Assembly (NCBI RefSeq): GCF_009914755.1
Contig: NC_060934.1
DNA length: 64,000 bases
Source of the DNA: the human T2T-CHM13v2.0 reference genome, Homo sapiens
Strand: one strand, 5' to 3'
The translations under genes and the position numbers were made by a program. The notes below the pieces were generated by a model, which did no database searches, was not told the DNA's origin, and saw nothing but the letters and a program-made list of their open reading frames with translations. The stretch's first letter is position 1, and each line of letters begins with the position of its first letter. This document shows positions 31,456 to 44,860 of the stretch, piece after piece.

Positions 31456-31603
31456 GCTGGGCACAGTGGCTCACGCCTGTAATCCCAGCACTTTGGGAGA
31501 CCAAGACGGGTGGATCACAATGTCAGGAGTTCAAGACCAGCCTGACCAACATGGGGAAACCTGGACTCTATTAAAAATACAAAAATTAGCCGGGCATGGT
31601 GGC
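31456..31603 (+). mobile_element. 3'-truncated Alu within an old L1
   Basis: Left monomer plus linker plus about 15 nt of the right monomer; no tail. Confidence 0.9.
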
Positions 31604-33109
31604 TAAGCTTTTGGAAAGGAATGTGGTATTGCCCATTAAAATATAAAACGAACATAAACTTTGACTTAACTATCTTACTTTAGGGAATCTAACCAAAATC
31701 AAAGTACCAGTACTTAGGAAATACGTGTAAATATATATATTGCAGAAAAAGTCAACTGGAGAATGGGTGAATATATTATGGTATTTCCATACAATGAAAT
31801 ATTAGACAACTATTAATCCTATGTCAGAATATGTCTTAACCTATATAATAATATAGTTTAAATTTTAAAAACTATGGTTGCAGGGTAATTGTAGAGTTGC
31901 AGAGCCCACATCAATTTTTATTTAAACTTTAAACAGAAAATCTGTTTTTATATCTTTGTGTATTCTTAGATAAACTATTATATTGGTTGCCTCTGAATCA
32001 GGATTCAGGATGATGGGAGGAAATTATTAACTTTTTCTCTATATCATTCTATATTGATTTTCACTAAAATATTAGCATACATTAACTTTATAATTTAATT
32101 TTTTAAAATTTTGGCTTTTAAAATATTTTATTAAATGTTAAATAGGTACAAAATAATAGTTAAGTAAAATATCTTTAAGAACAATACATACCCAATTTAA
32201 AACAGAACATTAGCCCCTGATGCTCCTGTGTCCCCTTCCCAGACCTCATTCCTTGTCCTCCTCCCTCAGGGAATAATCACTATTCTGAATTGTACTATCA
32301 TTCCTTTTGTTTGTTTTGTTTACCCTTTATGCTGTTTTGCATATTTCACAAATTTATATAGATTACATTATTTTGTTTTAAATCTTGACTTTTTTGCTAA
32401 GACTGCATCTGGGTTTATTCATCTTCACATTAAACAAAATACAATATCTAATTCATACATGCTGGTGTTGACAGATATCTGAGTTCTTTACAGTTGAAGT
32501 CTATTAAAAACAAGCCTAGTATGGACATTCTTGCATATGTCTTCTGGTAGAAAAAGGAAAGAGTTTCTCTAAGCTAAATAACCAGGAAGGAAATTGCTAG
32601 GACATATGGCATGTGCACACTAAAAAAATACCAAATTATTTTCCAAAATGGTTTCCATCAAGCCACATACTCACCAATATCAACTATTATCACATTTTTA
32701 AAAATGGAAACAATCTAGTCAGTGTAAATTATTATTTCACTATGATTTAATTTTCACTTCCCTGATTCGAAATTAGGTTGGACCACTTTTTCATATTTTC
32801 TCTTCTGTGAAATGTTTGTTAATGTGTTTTGCCCATTTTTCTATTTGGTTATCTTTTACTTACTAATATGCAGTTTCTTATATTTTCTAGGCATTAATCC
32901 TTTGTGAGCATAGACCTCAGTAACAGACCCTAGGAGGAGCCTAACCATAGTCCTAAACTGAAACTGAAAAGGAGGGTACTAAGAAAGAAAAAAGCAGTGT
33001 CTATCTACTTTTCCCTAGGAACTGGCCTTACTCTAACAGCTAAGAAATGGTATTTCCTGTTTGCAAAGTAATGTGTTCTTATTTTTATTTTAAAAATATA
33101 TTTATATTC

Positions 33110-35240
33110 AAAATTCCACTTCTGCCTAAATATAGAAAGCTAGTATGAGCATCACTCCTACCCTAACAATATACATAAGTTGAAAAAAAAACACTAAATC
33201 AAAATTTTATTGAACCCATTAGAGAGCTGAGGTTGTAGGGCAACCAAGTAGTCTGAAATCTAAGGAAAGACAGACTCTCCTAAGGAGTGACAGGACATGA
33301 ACACTGGCTCCCTGTGGCAGTTCAAGGGAGAAAGAGATACCAGGCACTATACAAATGGGAAAGAAGTATTCAGACATAAAATGTAATGCACTGCTGACAG
33401 CTGGATGTGGGCCAGTGTGACAGTACAGAACAGCGTAAAGCCACAGACACAAAAAGAATTTGCACACATTCACAGACTCAAGTTCACAGACCTCCAACAG
33501 GTGCTCATAAGAAAGACTGAGAGCAGAGCAGGAAACGGGAAGAACCATTCTCTCAGAAGGGTAGGCTTGGAGGAGGGGAGCTACTGTCATGGTCGAAAAT
33601 GCGTAAAGCCCCACTTAGACCTATTTCTCCCAGAACAAAAGCCTTACACTGCAGGAGGAGGAGCAGCAATCCCTGCTTTGTATAAGTGTATACCCACTGC
33701 AGTTGGAAACAGAGCAAACAAAATCCATCTATTCCTGGAGAAGGTGCAGAAAACAGTCCTAAGCCCAGGATTTAATGCCATTATTATTACAAAACTCCTA
33801 CCACTACACTAAGTGAAGGGGAGGAAACCTTCTCCACTGTAGACTTGCCAAAGGTGTCAGGCAGAGTCTGGATGCCATGAGAAGGGGTAGTATCACTAAC
33901 CAAGCCTGTCACTGAGGACCAGGGACAGAGGACCTGCCCAAGGCTGAGAATGGAATAGGACAACAAAGAATGACTTGGCCCTCCCTCCCCAGGCACGCAA
34001 GCACCAGTCTACTGCTGGAAGACAGGCAGGAGAAGGAAAGAAAGCCCTTCTAAAGCACAGGCACACAGCGGAGGCCTAAAGCTGAGGACGAAACAGGAAG
34101 AGACCAAAAATAAAAACTCCTTAGCACCCCAGCTGACACCCTGCGCACAAGCTAAATCCTAAGGAATTCTAAGCCAATGGTTCACCATAGGTAATGAGAG
34201 CAACACAAAACCAAAACCCAGCTCATGTCCTAAATGGCCTACCAGAGGAATAGGCATGACTATTTCTAGGCATAAATTCTATTTACTTTAGTCTCTTTTT
34301 TTCTACACCCAGTACCAACACTCAATCAGATATATAGACACATAATGAAGCTGCAGCAGCTGCAACAACAGAAGCCAGTGTCAAAAAGCAAAGCAATCAC
34401 AGAAAAAAATATCAGCAACAACCCATCTGTCAGAGTTATCCACCAGGGAATTTTAAATAACTATCATTAACATGTTAAGCTCTATGAAAAATGCAAACAA
34501 AACGCATTAACAACAGAGACGGAATCTGTAAGAACGTGTCAAATGGAAATGTTGTACATAAAAAACACTGTGTGCTTTCAATGGGTTCATTAGTAGACTT
34601 GACACAACCAAGAAAGGAATCAGTAAACTTGAAGAAAGGTTGACAGAAATTACCTAACTGAAATACAAAGAGTAAGAAGAGTAGGAGAAAAAAAAAGTAA
34701 AAAGCAACAAATAATGTTAGTACAGCTTCTTTGGAATACAGTTTGTCTGTTATACACTTATGACCCAGCAATCCCATTCCTAGATATTTACCTTAAAGTA
34801 ATGGAAACTTATGTTTACACAAAGTTTGTGAATATCTGTAGTACTTTTATCCATAATTGCCAAAATCTGGAAACAACACAGTGTCCTTCAACTGGTGAAT
34901 GGAATACTATTCAATAAAAAAGAAATTAAATACTGATAAATGCAATGACACAGATGAATATCAAAAGAATTATGCTAAGTGAAAGAAGTTGGACTCAAAA
35001 GGCTACATATTTATGATTCCATTTATACAATACCTTGAAAAAGACAAAAGTAAAGAGAATGAAAATAGATTACTGGTTGCTAGGCACCGGTGGTAGGGTA
35101 AAGGGTTAACTATAAAAAAATACAAGAGAAATGTGGGGGGAGATAGAAATGTACTATACCTTGATTGTGATGGTAAACCTTGGTCAAACCTCATAGAACT
35201 GTATGCTAAAAGGGTGAATTTTACTGTATGCCTCAGTTTA
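33110..35240 (+). mobile_element. Old L1M 5' region/ORF1 piece joined to an L1 3' end
   Basis: ORF1-like motifs at 34450-34680; 3' UTR motifs (tgacccagcaatcccattcctag, atgctaagtgaaagaag) at 34710-35240. Confidence 0.65.
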
Positions 35241-35506
35241 ATTAAGCATGTTTTAATTAATTAAAAATTATGTCTCGTTTTATAAAAGCATATTCTTATA
35301 AACTATTTTTGTAGGAGATCTGCATTTTAATAATTGCATAAGGTGATATTTTCTTAACTGGGTTTGACATTTTTCAAATAAAGTCATTAGAGAAGATGTT
35401 TCCAACATTTGATGGGATGTTGGTTATGGATGACCTCTAAGATCCTCTCCAACTCCAAGGTTTTTGAGGTGTGCATGTGATCCCCCAAGTTTACAAACAC
35501 AAATTT

Positions 35507-35511
<5 letters not shown>

Positions 35512-35546
<35 letters not shown>
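35512..35546. repeat. (TA)n microsatellite
   Basis: About 17 uninterrupted TA units. Confidence 0.95.
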
Positions 35547-35555
<9 letters not shown>

Positions 35556-36088
35556 ACATATATGTTAAGTATATATTCATAGTTCTAATTACATTTATAT
35601 TATATATACATGTAAATACGTATACACAAAAAGTTCTGAAATATTCTTCAGTATTATAATTTATTATATATTTGTTATTGTCTTTTTTTCCACTATAAAC
35701 ATGTGATAATTTGTAATCCAAAAATGTTATTATTTTACTTACAAAGCATATATTGTGCAACAAATTTTTAAAAAGGAAATAAGGAAGCAGGTTGTTATTT
35801 TTCAAATCTATAAAATACCTAGCTTTAAAAAAATGGATTTTACTAAACTGACATATTTAATACTTTAAAATACTTGAAGAAAGGACAGGAATTAGCCATT
35901 GTGAATATGGGGTGTGGAGCATTTTTTTAATTGCATTTTTTTATTTTTAAAAGAAAATCCTAGAAAACCATATTTTCCCATTTTTGAAGTTTTCCCTAGC
36001 TCTTTCTTTCATTTGTATTAGAAATATCTTTGTGCATATCTCTAAAATAGAGCCTCAACTTGCTACTACAAATAGGATGATGTCATAC

Positions 36089-36201
36089 CAGAAAGTAGAG
36101 GGGAGAGAGCCTGTGATGGCCCTGCAGCCTCCTCATCCTCACTGCTCCACCTGTCTCTTCCGAAGGGGCCTCTGGCTGTCCACATGCTGGGATCACTGCC
36201 A
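36089..36201 (-). CDS. PTPN20: PTPN20 CE4, 113 nt, GSDPSMWTARGPFGRDRWSSEDEEAAGPSQALSPLLS(D)
   Basis: Acceptor catttcttttctag|TGGC, donor CTG|gtatga; phase 2 to 1; lies inside ORF 36066..36251. Confidence 0.95.
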
Positions 36202-38748
36202 CTAGAAAAGAAATGTATATATTTGCCCATGGTTTCAAAGAATATATACATTTGAGAAATACTTTCTAATCATCTTCATTGATTATTTAATTGACATTCA
36301 TTTCCATTTCAATTCAGCCACCCACTCCCATTGTCATCACCTGAAACTGGCCCACTTGTGAAATAATTCCCAAATCCCAATGTCTGATCACAAACTCCAT
36401 CTCCTCCTACTACTTTTACCTTGCAAACTAGTCGCCTCAGATCCATCCACTTATTTACCTTCTCCCCTCCTTTACCTAGACTGTGGGAGGGAAGTACTCG
36501 GGTCACTGGGCTTTCTAATATCGGCAGAGAGCCGTTTGGAAAATACCAGCATGTCCCTGGTTGGTTTCCTGTACCACTCTTCCATGGCAGCAAATTCCAA
36601 GCCACCATCTTGTTATAGTCCTTATTTTAATACTCTCTCTGACTTAGTAAAAATGTAACTTCTTCTAGAAAATGCAAGCCAGAAAATAGAAATTCTTTCA
36701 ATTTATTATCTTTTAAAACATTTACTTAGATGCATCAATGTCTTTCTTATTCCTTGCTTTCTGCCTGTTCAAAATTCCTCCTTCCGTGTTCTTAACCAGA
36801 TTCCTTCTGCCTCCTCTAAGGTATTTTTCTATAACTTATTTTTTTTTAACATATCGTGAATTTCTCCCTATCTACAAATTCTTTCATATCATAAGAATAC
36901 ACAATTTTCTGTATCTTAAAAATAGGAAATGCTTTAAACTCTGTCTAGCTACTAATTGTTAACAGATTTTTCAAATCCTAGCCCATACCCACTTTGTTTC
37001 CTTTGCAACGTCTCCATACTCAACTGACTCGCTAATGCTATTAACTTGGCTCTTGTTGCACTTTCATTTGCAACCCTACCTAGCAAAATCCTCCTAATTT
37101 GACTTCTGCATCTAAACTTCAATGTTTAGAGAAAATTCTTCCTAAAATACAAACTTAATTACACCTGCCCACCAATATCAGGATAAATCAAGGCCCCTTA
37201 TCAGACACATAAGTTTAGGATATTGGCCAGGTGGCCTCTGTCTATTTTTCCATCACCATCTCCACTGATTTCCTACATGTACTGTATGCTTTAACCTTAG
37301 CAAAATAAATGCCTTTTTCTTTTACTTCTGTAAGGAAATTCGGGTTTCTTACTCTTTTCTCCTTCTAATTTTTTTCTTGGATTACTGTAAACATTTAATT
37401 AATCTCCACTGACTGCCACTTCCAGCTATCCTCACCTTGCCACCAGCATTCCTCCTTCTGGATGGATAAATAGATAGTTGCATGAATAAAACAAAAAGAC
37501 CTTCCGTATGCATCCTTTTGATTTTAACAGACTGAATAAAATGTATACTCAGCTTCACATATATGGCATTACTTCCCTCTCCAGCCCACACTGTATTTTG
37601 GGCTCCACCTCTCATCTTCTGCAGCTTCCTAGCATTCCACCTCACATACACCCTACGACTCTTGGCACCTAATATTTCTCCCCATTACCCCTAAGATATT
37701 TTCACAACTCCTTACCCTCGCTCAAACTTCTCCCTCTTGCCTGAAATGTTCTTCTCTTTTTCACCTGCTAGGTTTCTATTTAATTAAATCCTAAATTCAA
37801 CCAAAATATCTTTTCTTCAAAGAAGCTTGTGGGAAACCTCCCTCATGCATAGTCAATCTTCTGTACCCACAATCTTTGGATTTTTACTCTAAAATAATAT
37901 TTACTATGTTGTACATCAATTTGTCTTTTATATGTCTGTTTCCCTAATTAAACTGTGAACTAAAGGGCAAAAAATATATAGTAGTTTGTATTTGTGTACA
38001 GTGCTTAGTGTATCACAGAATCTCAAAATGTCTTTGGAATTACTATTATTTGTTTAATGCACTTCTGAAAATTGTACATATAAATTTCATACAATACGCA
38101 TACAAAAACACATAATATAAAGAATATACACATTCTTATACAGTGCTATTCCAGTGAGGGTAGCTAATATTACTGATAAATCTCTAAGAAAATATGGCTT
38201 AACAAAATGTTTCCTCATTTGATGTTTTTGCTTATAACACCTAAATTTGAACATTTTATAAGCATGAAAACTTGTTTCTTTGTTTTCCTAATGGAAATTT
38301 ACTGTTCTTCAGGTACTTTAAATTTTTTAAATATATACTATCAGAAATTCACCATACTAATAAACCTGTTGTTTATACCATATAATTTTCTTTCTGAAAA
38401 CAGATTACATTTCTAATAACATTTAGTGCTGTACCGTGAGCTTCATGCTACCTCAAGTACACTGACCACTTCAAAAGCTCCAAGCATATTTGCAAAAGCT
38501 TTGACGCCATGTAACTATTGAGAGGATAGAGAAATCGAATCCTTCAAGAATACTTTTCCCTTATGTTAATTACCATATTTTTGAGATCATAAACATATTT
38601 CTAAGAAAGCTAAATCAAGTTTATAAAAAGCTATATCTTGAAAAATTAAACATTTCAGGGCCATTATTCACTGTCTCCATGCAGAGGGCTAGCTATGAAT
38701 ATAAGTAGCATAAACAGAAAACCCACTAAATAAGCATATTAGTTATAC

Positions 38749-38846
38749 CTTTCTGAAGGCTCTTCAAAAACATCCTCATAATCATTATGTGGGAAATTCC
38801 GAAGAGAAAGTTTTACCTTCTCTGAATTAACTTTATTTTCAAAAAC
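38749..38846 (-). CDS. PTPN20: PTPN20 CE3, 98 nt, VFENKVNSEKVKLSLRNFPHNDYEDVFEEPSE(S)
   Basis: Acceptor tttcctttcttatgtctgtag|GTTTTT, donor AAG|gtataa; phase 0 to 2. Not in the ORF track; read directly from the sequence. Confidence 0.93.
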
Positions 38847-40555
38847 CTACAGACATAAGAAAGGAAACAAATTATAGCACTGGTTTTAGAAAAATATGGT
38901 TTAAAACGTGATTTCTATAGCTACTTAAGAAGAGCAAAAAGATCTGCAATAATGGAATTATAACCACAATCACATAGTATAATGTCTGCTCCTAGAAAAT
39001 CACTTAATTGTATATCTCCCTATTAAATATCTTCCAATCTGTCAAAACAGTGTAGAGTACTATGTAAACAGAAGTTATTTATATTGAATTGCTCAAGTGA
39101 TTTTTCAAAACTAAATTTTTAAAAAGCTTCATTTGAGAAAAAATAGATTTATTACTTCAGCCCAGAAGAGATTTTCTTATAAGTGTTTACCATGTTTTGT
39201 TTACTGTGAATATAAAATTCCTGCCACTAAATTTATCTTTACTTTAGTACTTGCACCATCTAATCTACTAATTCTAAGTATTTCTCCACATTCCACTGCC
39301 CAATTTTGCACCGGGCAGTGGACTTCAGTCTTGATAACTCGCAGTGCCAGTGCCCCAGCCACCACATACACGTTTCCTTCCTTCCTTGTCTAATACTGTC
39401 TTGCCATACTTGGCCTTCTATTTTCTCAAGAACATCTTTTGAATCAGCTGATCAAATCTCATTCACACACAGAAATAACTTTGGGACTATTATTGAAATT
39501 AAGTAATATGAATTTTTTAATTTAAATTGGAAATAAGTGATGTATTTATATATTAAGTATCATTATCCACTAATATGATATAGCTATCCAGCAAAAACAT
39601 TATAAAATATTCTCAATAAAGACAATGTATACCTTTTCTTAGATTTACTCCTAAACACCTTAAGTGGCACAATTGTAAATGTAATGTCATAGAGCAGACC
39701 TTTTATTTGATACACACTGCTCAATCCACAAACCACATGTTTTTACATCTAGCATTTTTGTGTACATTCCATTCTAAATACTTTAAACTTCCATTATGAT
39801 TTCTTCTTTGACTAATGAGTTTGTTAGTGTTTGCTTGGTGTATGTTTAATTTTTACTTTAAAATCACAGGAAAATGTCCACCTAAGATTCCTTCTCATTA
39901 AACTATGTAGCTACAATACACGAAATGAAATGAGCTTCACAGAATTGAACTAGTTTTGAAATCAGCACTGATTGGCAAATCCCTAAAAATTAATTTCAGG
40001 ATAATTAAAATTGAAATGTAGAAAGTGTGGCTCCAGTGGGATGGAGGAAAAGAAGTGGGACACATGCTATTACACAACATGATCCCACTTCCCTCTTATG
40101 AGACATGCTTAAAAGTCATTTGAGTACAATTCATTTACTTAGAAAAAGTGATATCTGGAAGTCCTAACACAATTTAAACCTGAGACATCTTTCAGCTCAT
40201 GGTTCAAAATCAAATTGATTATATTTATTTTTTAAAGAAGCAGACTGTTCCAGATGGCTGCAATTCAAATTTAAGGCTGACTAACATATGTCTGATTGAG
40301 TGAAATGTGATTTTGCTAACAATACCAAGAACTAACAAGGAGAAATATAATAAATTATCAAGATGGCAGGACTTTTGGAGATTGCTCACGGAATCAAATT
40401 AATATCAAATTTTTTAAATGTTAGAAAATGTTTTCTGAGGAGCCTAAGTTAGCTTTTCTGTAGTCCATGCAGCAAGGATTTATGAGGACAAAGTGAAAAC
40501 AGTAACACAGATAGGAGCCTGGTTTCTAGTCTGTGACTCAAGAGTTATATGATCA

Positions 40556-40804
<249 letters not shown>

Positions 40805-42049
40805 TCAAGTCTATGAGTCTAGACAATTTCTAGGGGACAGCATCATATCTGAAAGGACATAAAAATGGCTACAGTATCAAATTGTTTCATGAAACATAAG
40901 AAAAGCAAGTTCTAATAAAATCAGGTAATTTTCCCAACACTATAAAAACCATCCAGGAATGTTCTAAGATCCTTTTTTATGAAAGGAAACTTTAAAGCAT
41001 ATCAGAATTCACCCTAGATAGGCCAAGCTATAACTTAGCAAAAAAACAAACAAACAAACAAACAAGCAAAAAAAACCCAAAGTAAAAATATAAACAAAAT
41101 CACAAAATGTGCTCAGTTCTAGAAGAAGTCAAATAAGACTATAAGACTATATAAAGGATATACTTGGGCCATTCTGTGAAGGTGCTCCCTTTCAAATCGT
41201 CTCTGCTTCAAAGAGAAAACCATTCTGATCAGAGAAAAGAATCAAGAGTGAGCGGAGAGCCCAACACGGCACTAACAGCCAGAGATTCCCAGCCAAAGAT
41301 GTGATGGTAGCCTTGATGTGGCCAACTTAAGTATAGCAGAGAATGGACAGGAGATAATAATCAAGTTACAACACTGTTCTTAAAAGCTGCACTCCTGCCC
41401 ACCTGGGGTGGAGGTGGCAATTGAACAGGGGAAGTGGTAGGAGCAGTTTTTGGTCTATGTACTGACTTTATCTCTATTACTCCTGTAACTTACAGGAAAT
41501 GAACACAAGGCCAGCATCATCATCGCAGTTCCAAAGCTCCAGTTGACTAGGTAAGAGAAAAAAAAATGCAAAGCACCCACCAGACTAAAATGCATTTCCC
41601 TTTTTTTGTGCTCTAATCCTAGCACTATCTCCACAAATGGGGTAATGTGTTGAAGTAAGAGGTTTTGTCACAGACTTTTCACAGCCCTCTACTTTTCCAT
41701 AGTTCGGAGACACCCAATCATGCTGTCTCAAACAATGAAAAAGTCCACAATCAATACATCTAAAGGTGCTTCTTACTTCATGTGACATTTATTTTGTATC
41801 TTCATTAGTAACACAAAACTAGTGCCTGTAAAATTTCCAGAGTAGCATTAGAAAATGCAATTCATTAGAAACTTTGCAAAAAGTTCCACTCTTTCAAATC
41901 CCCATTTTGGTCACTGTCAACACTACAGTGACAAAAAATTAAGAAATCATTTTGGTGAGAACCAAATAGATACCCATTTCCCAGAGAGCATAGTCAGCAA
42001 TTTAGGTATTAGCCAAAATTAGTAGAGATCCCTCTCCTTTTAGTCTTAC

Positions 42050-42144
42050 CTTTGATCTAGGTGTGTTTTCCTGACTTGATGAAGGCAAAGCCTCCCTGAA
42101 ATTCAGGTCTTCTGCTTCAGAGTCATTTCCCTCATAATCGTTTA
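42050..42144 (-). CDS. PTPN20: PTPN20 CE2, 95 nt, (V)NDYEGNDSEAEDLNFREALPSSSQENTPRSK
   Basis: Acceptor tttttccccccgcctttgttcag|TAAAC, donor AAG|gtaaga; phase 1 to 0; open frame. Confidence 0.95.
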
Positions 42145-43331
42145 CTGAACAAAGGCGGGGGGAAAAACTGATCAAATAGAAAACACTATACAGAAGGAAA
42201 AATGGAGCCTTAATGAGAAAAAACAAGCTACATGAGGGGAATTTTCATCTACTTTTCCTGTTTTCCAAACACCCCATCTTTATCTCCTATGGTAATCATC
42301 TCTTTCTCCCCTGCTTTGAAAAAATCAACATAGCAAAGCTGATCCTTCTTCTAGGATTATCCTCAGGGAGTTGACTTTTGAGCGGTTCCCTTGTTCCTCA
42401 TTGCCATATTATTCAAGAAAGTACTCTTCAAGTAAATCCTAGATATTTACAACCTGCAGAACCTATGCATTGGGATCTACAGAATACAGTCTTCTGTGTT
42501 TCAGAGTCTATTTCTTGAATAAAGAATACTGTGTTACAAATGTCGCACTGTAACTTCTTGTATTATTTATAATTCATAAGTTAGTAATATGTTAAATTAT
42601 ACAGAAAATTGTTTTCGGCTTTGTTGAATAATGTAATATGAATCATCCCAAGGAAACTCTGGGTTTCTTATATGATTATTCCTAATTACTGTGTTAATTT
42701 TACTGCACAGACTCTTTCAGATAAGAAGCCGAGAGAAAATTTTCTCTGATCTCAGTACTGAGCACTCAGAGTACTGTTTCTCATACCATGGGAGCCTTAA
42801 ATATTATGATTTAGAAATTCTGTGGCATGGCATATTACAAAATCAATAAAAATATAGTAAACAAGTACTATGGAAATGAAAAAGTGTGTTCCTGAATGTG
42901 TGTTAAAAAGGAAATCTAATAGAAATTATGAACCTTTATAACACATGAATTAATTTTATAAATTAAAACATTAAGAAATATCAATGAAGGGACAACATAT
43001 CAAAACTAATGTGAAGTAGCTAAATGAGTATTTAGATAGAGGGAAAATGTATAGGTTTAAATGTGTTTACAAAAAAGGCAGAAAAAAAAAAGCTGATATA
43101 AATGAGTTTTGTATTCAATCATAGAAGCCAAAGAAAAACTGAGGAAACCCAGAGAAACTACAAAGGAGAAAATCATAAAGAAAAATATAATAACAGAAAA
43201 TAAGCCTAAAGAATAATCAGCAAAATCCAATAAACTAGTTCTTTGAAAAAAAAAACTTAAAAATACGCAACCCTCTTTCACTACAAATCAATGGAGAGTA
43301 AGTGCACAAATAACATTAAAAATGAAAAAGG

Positions 43332-43366
43332 ATCGCTTCTCGGCCTTTTGGCTAAGATCAAGTGTA
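43332..43366 (+). pseudogene. 3'-truncated U2 snRNA retrocopy (U2 nt 1-35)
   Basis: atcgcttctcggccttttggctaagatcaagtgta is the U2 5' end; flanked by a 14-bp TSD aaaaatga(a/g)aaagg at a tt|aaaa site. Confidence 0.93.
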
Positions 43367-44520
43367 AAAATGAGAAAGGGCACAGCTACAGATGCAACTC
43401 TCATTTTTAAAGGTAATAAGCAAATATTATGAGAAACTTTAGGGAAATCTGATGAAATGGAAACTTTTATAAGAGAATTATAAGTTATGCAAATTTACTC
43501 CAGAAGATGTAGAAAGCCTAAATAGTGTAATAACCATTTAAAAAGTCAAACCAATAATCAAAAATATCACTCCCAAGAGGAAAAAGCATCTGGGCCCAAA
43601 CAGGTTTCCAGATGGGATTTTATCAGACTTTCAATGAAAAAAATCTCTCATGCAAACGGTTCTGAAAATAGGAAATTCCGCAAACCTAGGAAGGAGCTTC
43701 AAGTGCTAGAAAAAAAATTAACAGGAAAAAAAAAGTCTATGAGAATTGTAAACAAGCAACTCACAGAAGGCGACTTACAGGCCAATAATATATTCAGAAA
43801 AAGTCCAGCCTCACCTGACAAACAAAAAATGAAAAGTAAAACAACCTACAATTGACTTTCATTTATGCTTATGAGAGATTTACTGTAATAGGACTTAACC
43901 ACAACCAACCAGAAAATAGGACAAAATATATAAAACAATAATTTTCAGACCTTAAACAACAGACTGTGATCCCAGAGAGAAGGGGGTGAGCCTTCTGGTT
44001 GCTCCAGATTATGGCCTCCAGAAGTTTGCAGGCTATAGCTCAGGAAAGGAATCAACGAGTCCAGTGATTCAATGAGTTGAGAAGAAAAAGATCAAAGTTA
44101 GGAGAGGCTGAGGCAGCCAGAATTTGTAGGGCAGAGTACCAGGGAGGAGGGAGCTATACAGAACAAGAGAAGTCTAAGTAGCTGCAAAGAAACCCTCTCA
44201 TGTCCTTTGCAGAATATGGATATGCTTATATGAAGGAGGACAATCTCTGACACTCAGGAAGGACCACCGGAAAGTAGCAAGCCACACAATTCCTAGGAAC
44301 AGTTCATATGAGCCAGAATGAGGAGACCCTGTAATACAGGGGGCGTTGAGGATAGTGCACAGAAGAGATACCTCTTAGTACTAAAACTATCCTTGGAACA
44401 GAAGCTCCTTAGGGCCACCTATAAAAAAGGTGAAGAGCAAGCCTCAGACAGGATCAGGTTAAACTTCAAGTAACATAACTACAAGGCAGAAAAACCCAAC
44501 ATTCTTTAAAGAAAAATCAA

Positions 44521-44860
44521 GGCCGGGTGTGGTGGCTCACGCCTGTAATCCCAGCACTTTGGGAGGCTGAAGAGGGTGGATCACGAGGTCAGGAGTTCGA
44601 GATCAGCCTGACAAACATGGTGAAACCCCATCTCTACTAAAAATACAAAAATTAGCTTGGCATGGTGGCACGCACCTGCAATCCCAGCTACTCAGGAGGC
44701 TGAGGCAGGAGAATCACTTGAACCCAGGAGGCAGAAGGTTGCAGTGAGCCAAGATTGCACCACTGCACTCCAGCCTATGAGACAGAGTGAGACTCTAAGA
44801 AAAAAAAAAAAAAGAAAAGAAAAAGAAAAAAGAAGAAAAAAAGAAAAGAAAAAGAAAAAA
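44521..44860 (+). mobile_element. Alu (AluSg/Sc-like) with a long GA-rich tail
   Basis: ggatcacgaggtcaggag (2-nt deletion); tail of (GAAAA)n-like units. Confidence 0.95.

Noticed and set aside
33219-33812. 131-aa and 135-aa overlapping ORFs
   Set aside because: Lie in old L1 5'-region-like sequence; no domain and no splice-compatible boundaries seen.
35251-35266. AT-only palindrome ttttaattaattaaaa (and tatagaattctata near 45600)
   Set aside because: Low complexity or L1-derived; expected by chance.
41160-41350. Possible cryptic exon (acceptor-like ttcttttctctgatcag on the minus strand)
   Set aside because: No convincing donor found; not needed for the reading frame.
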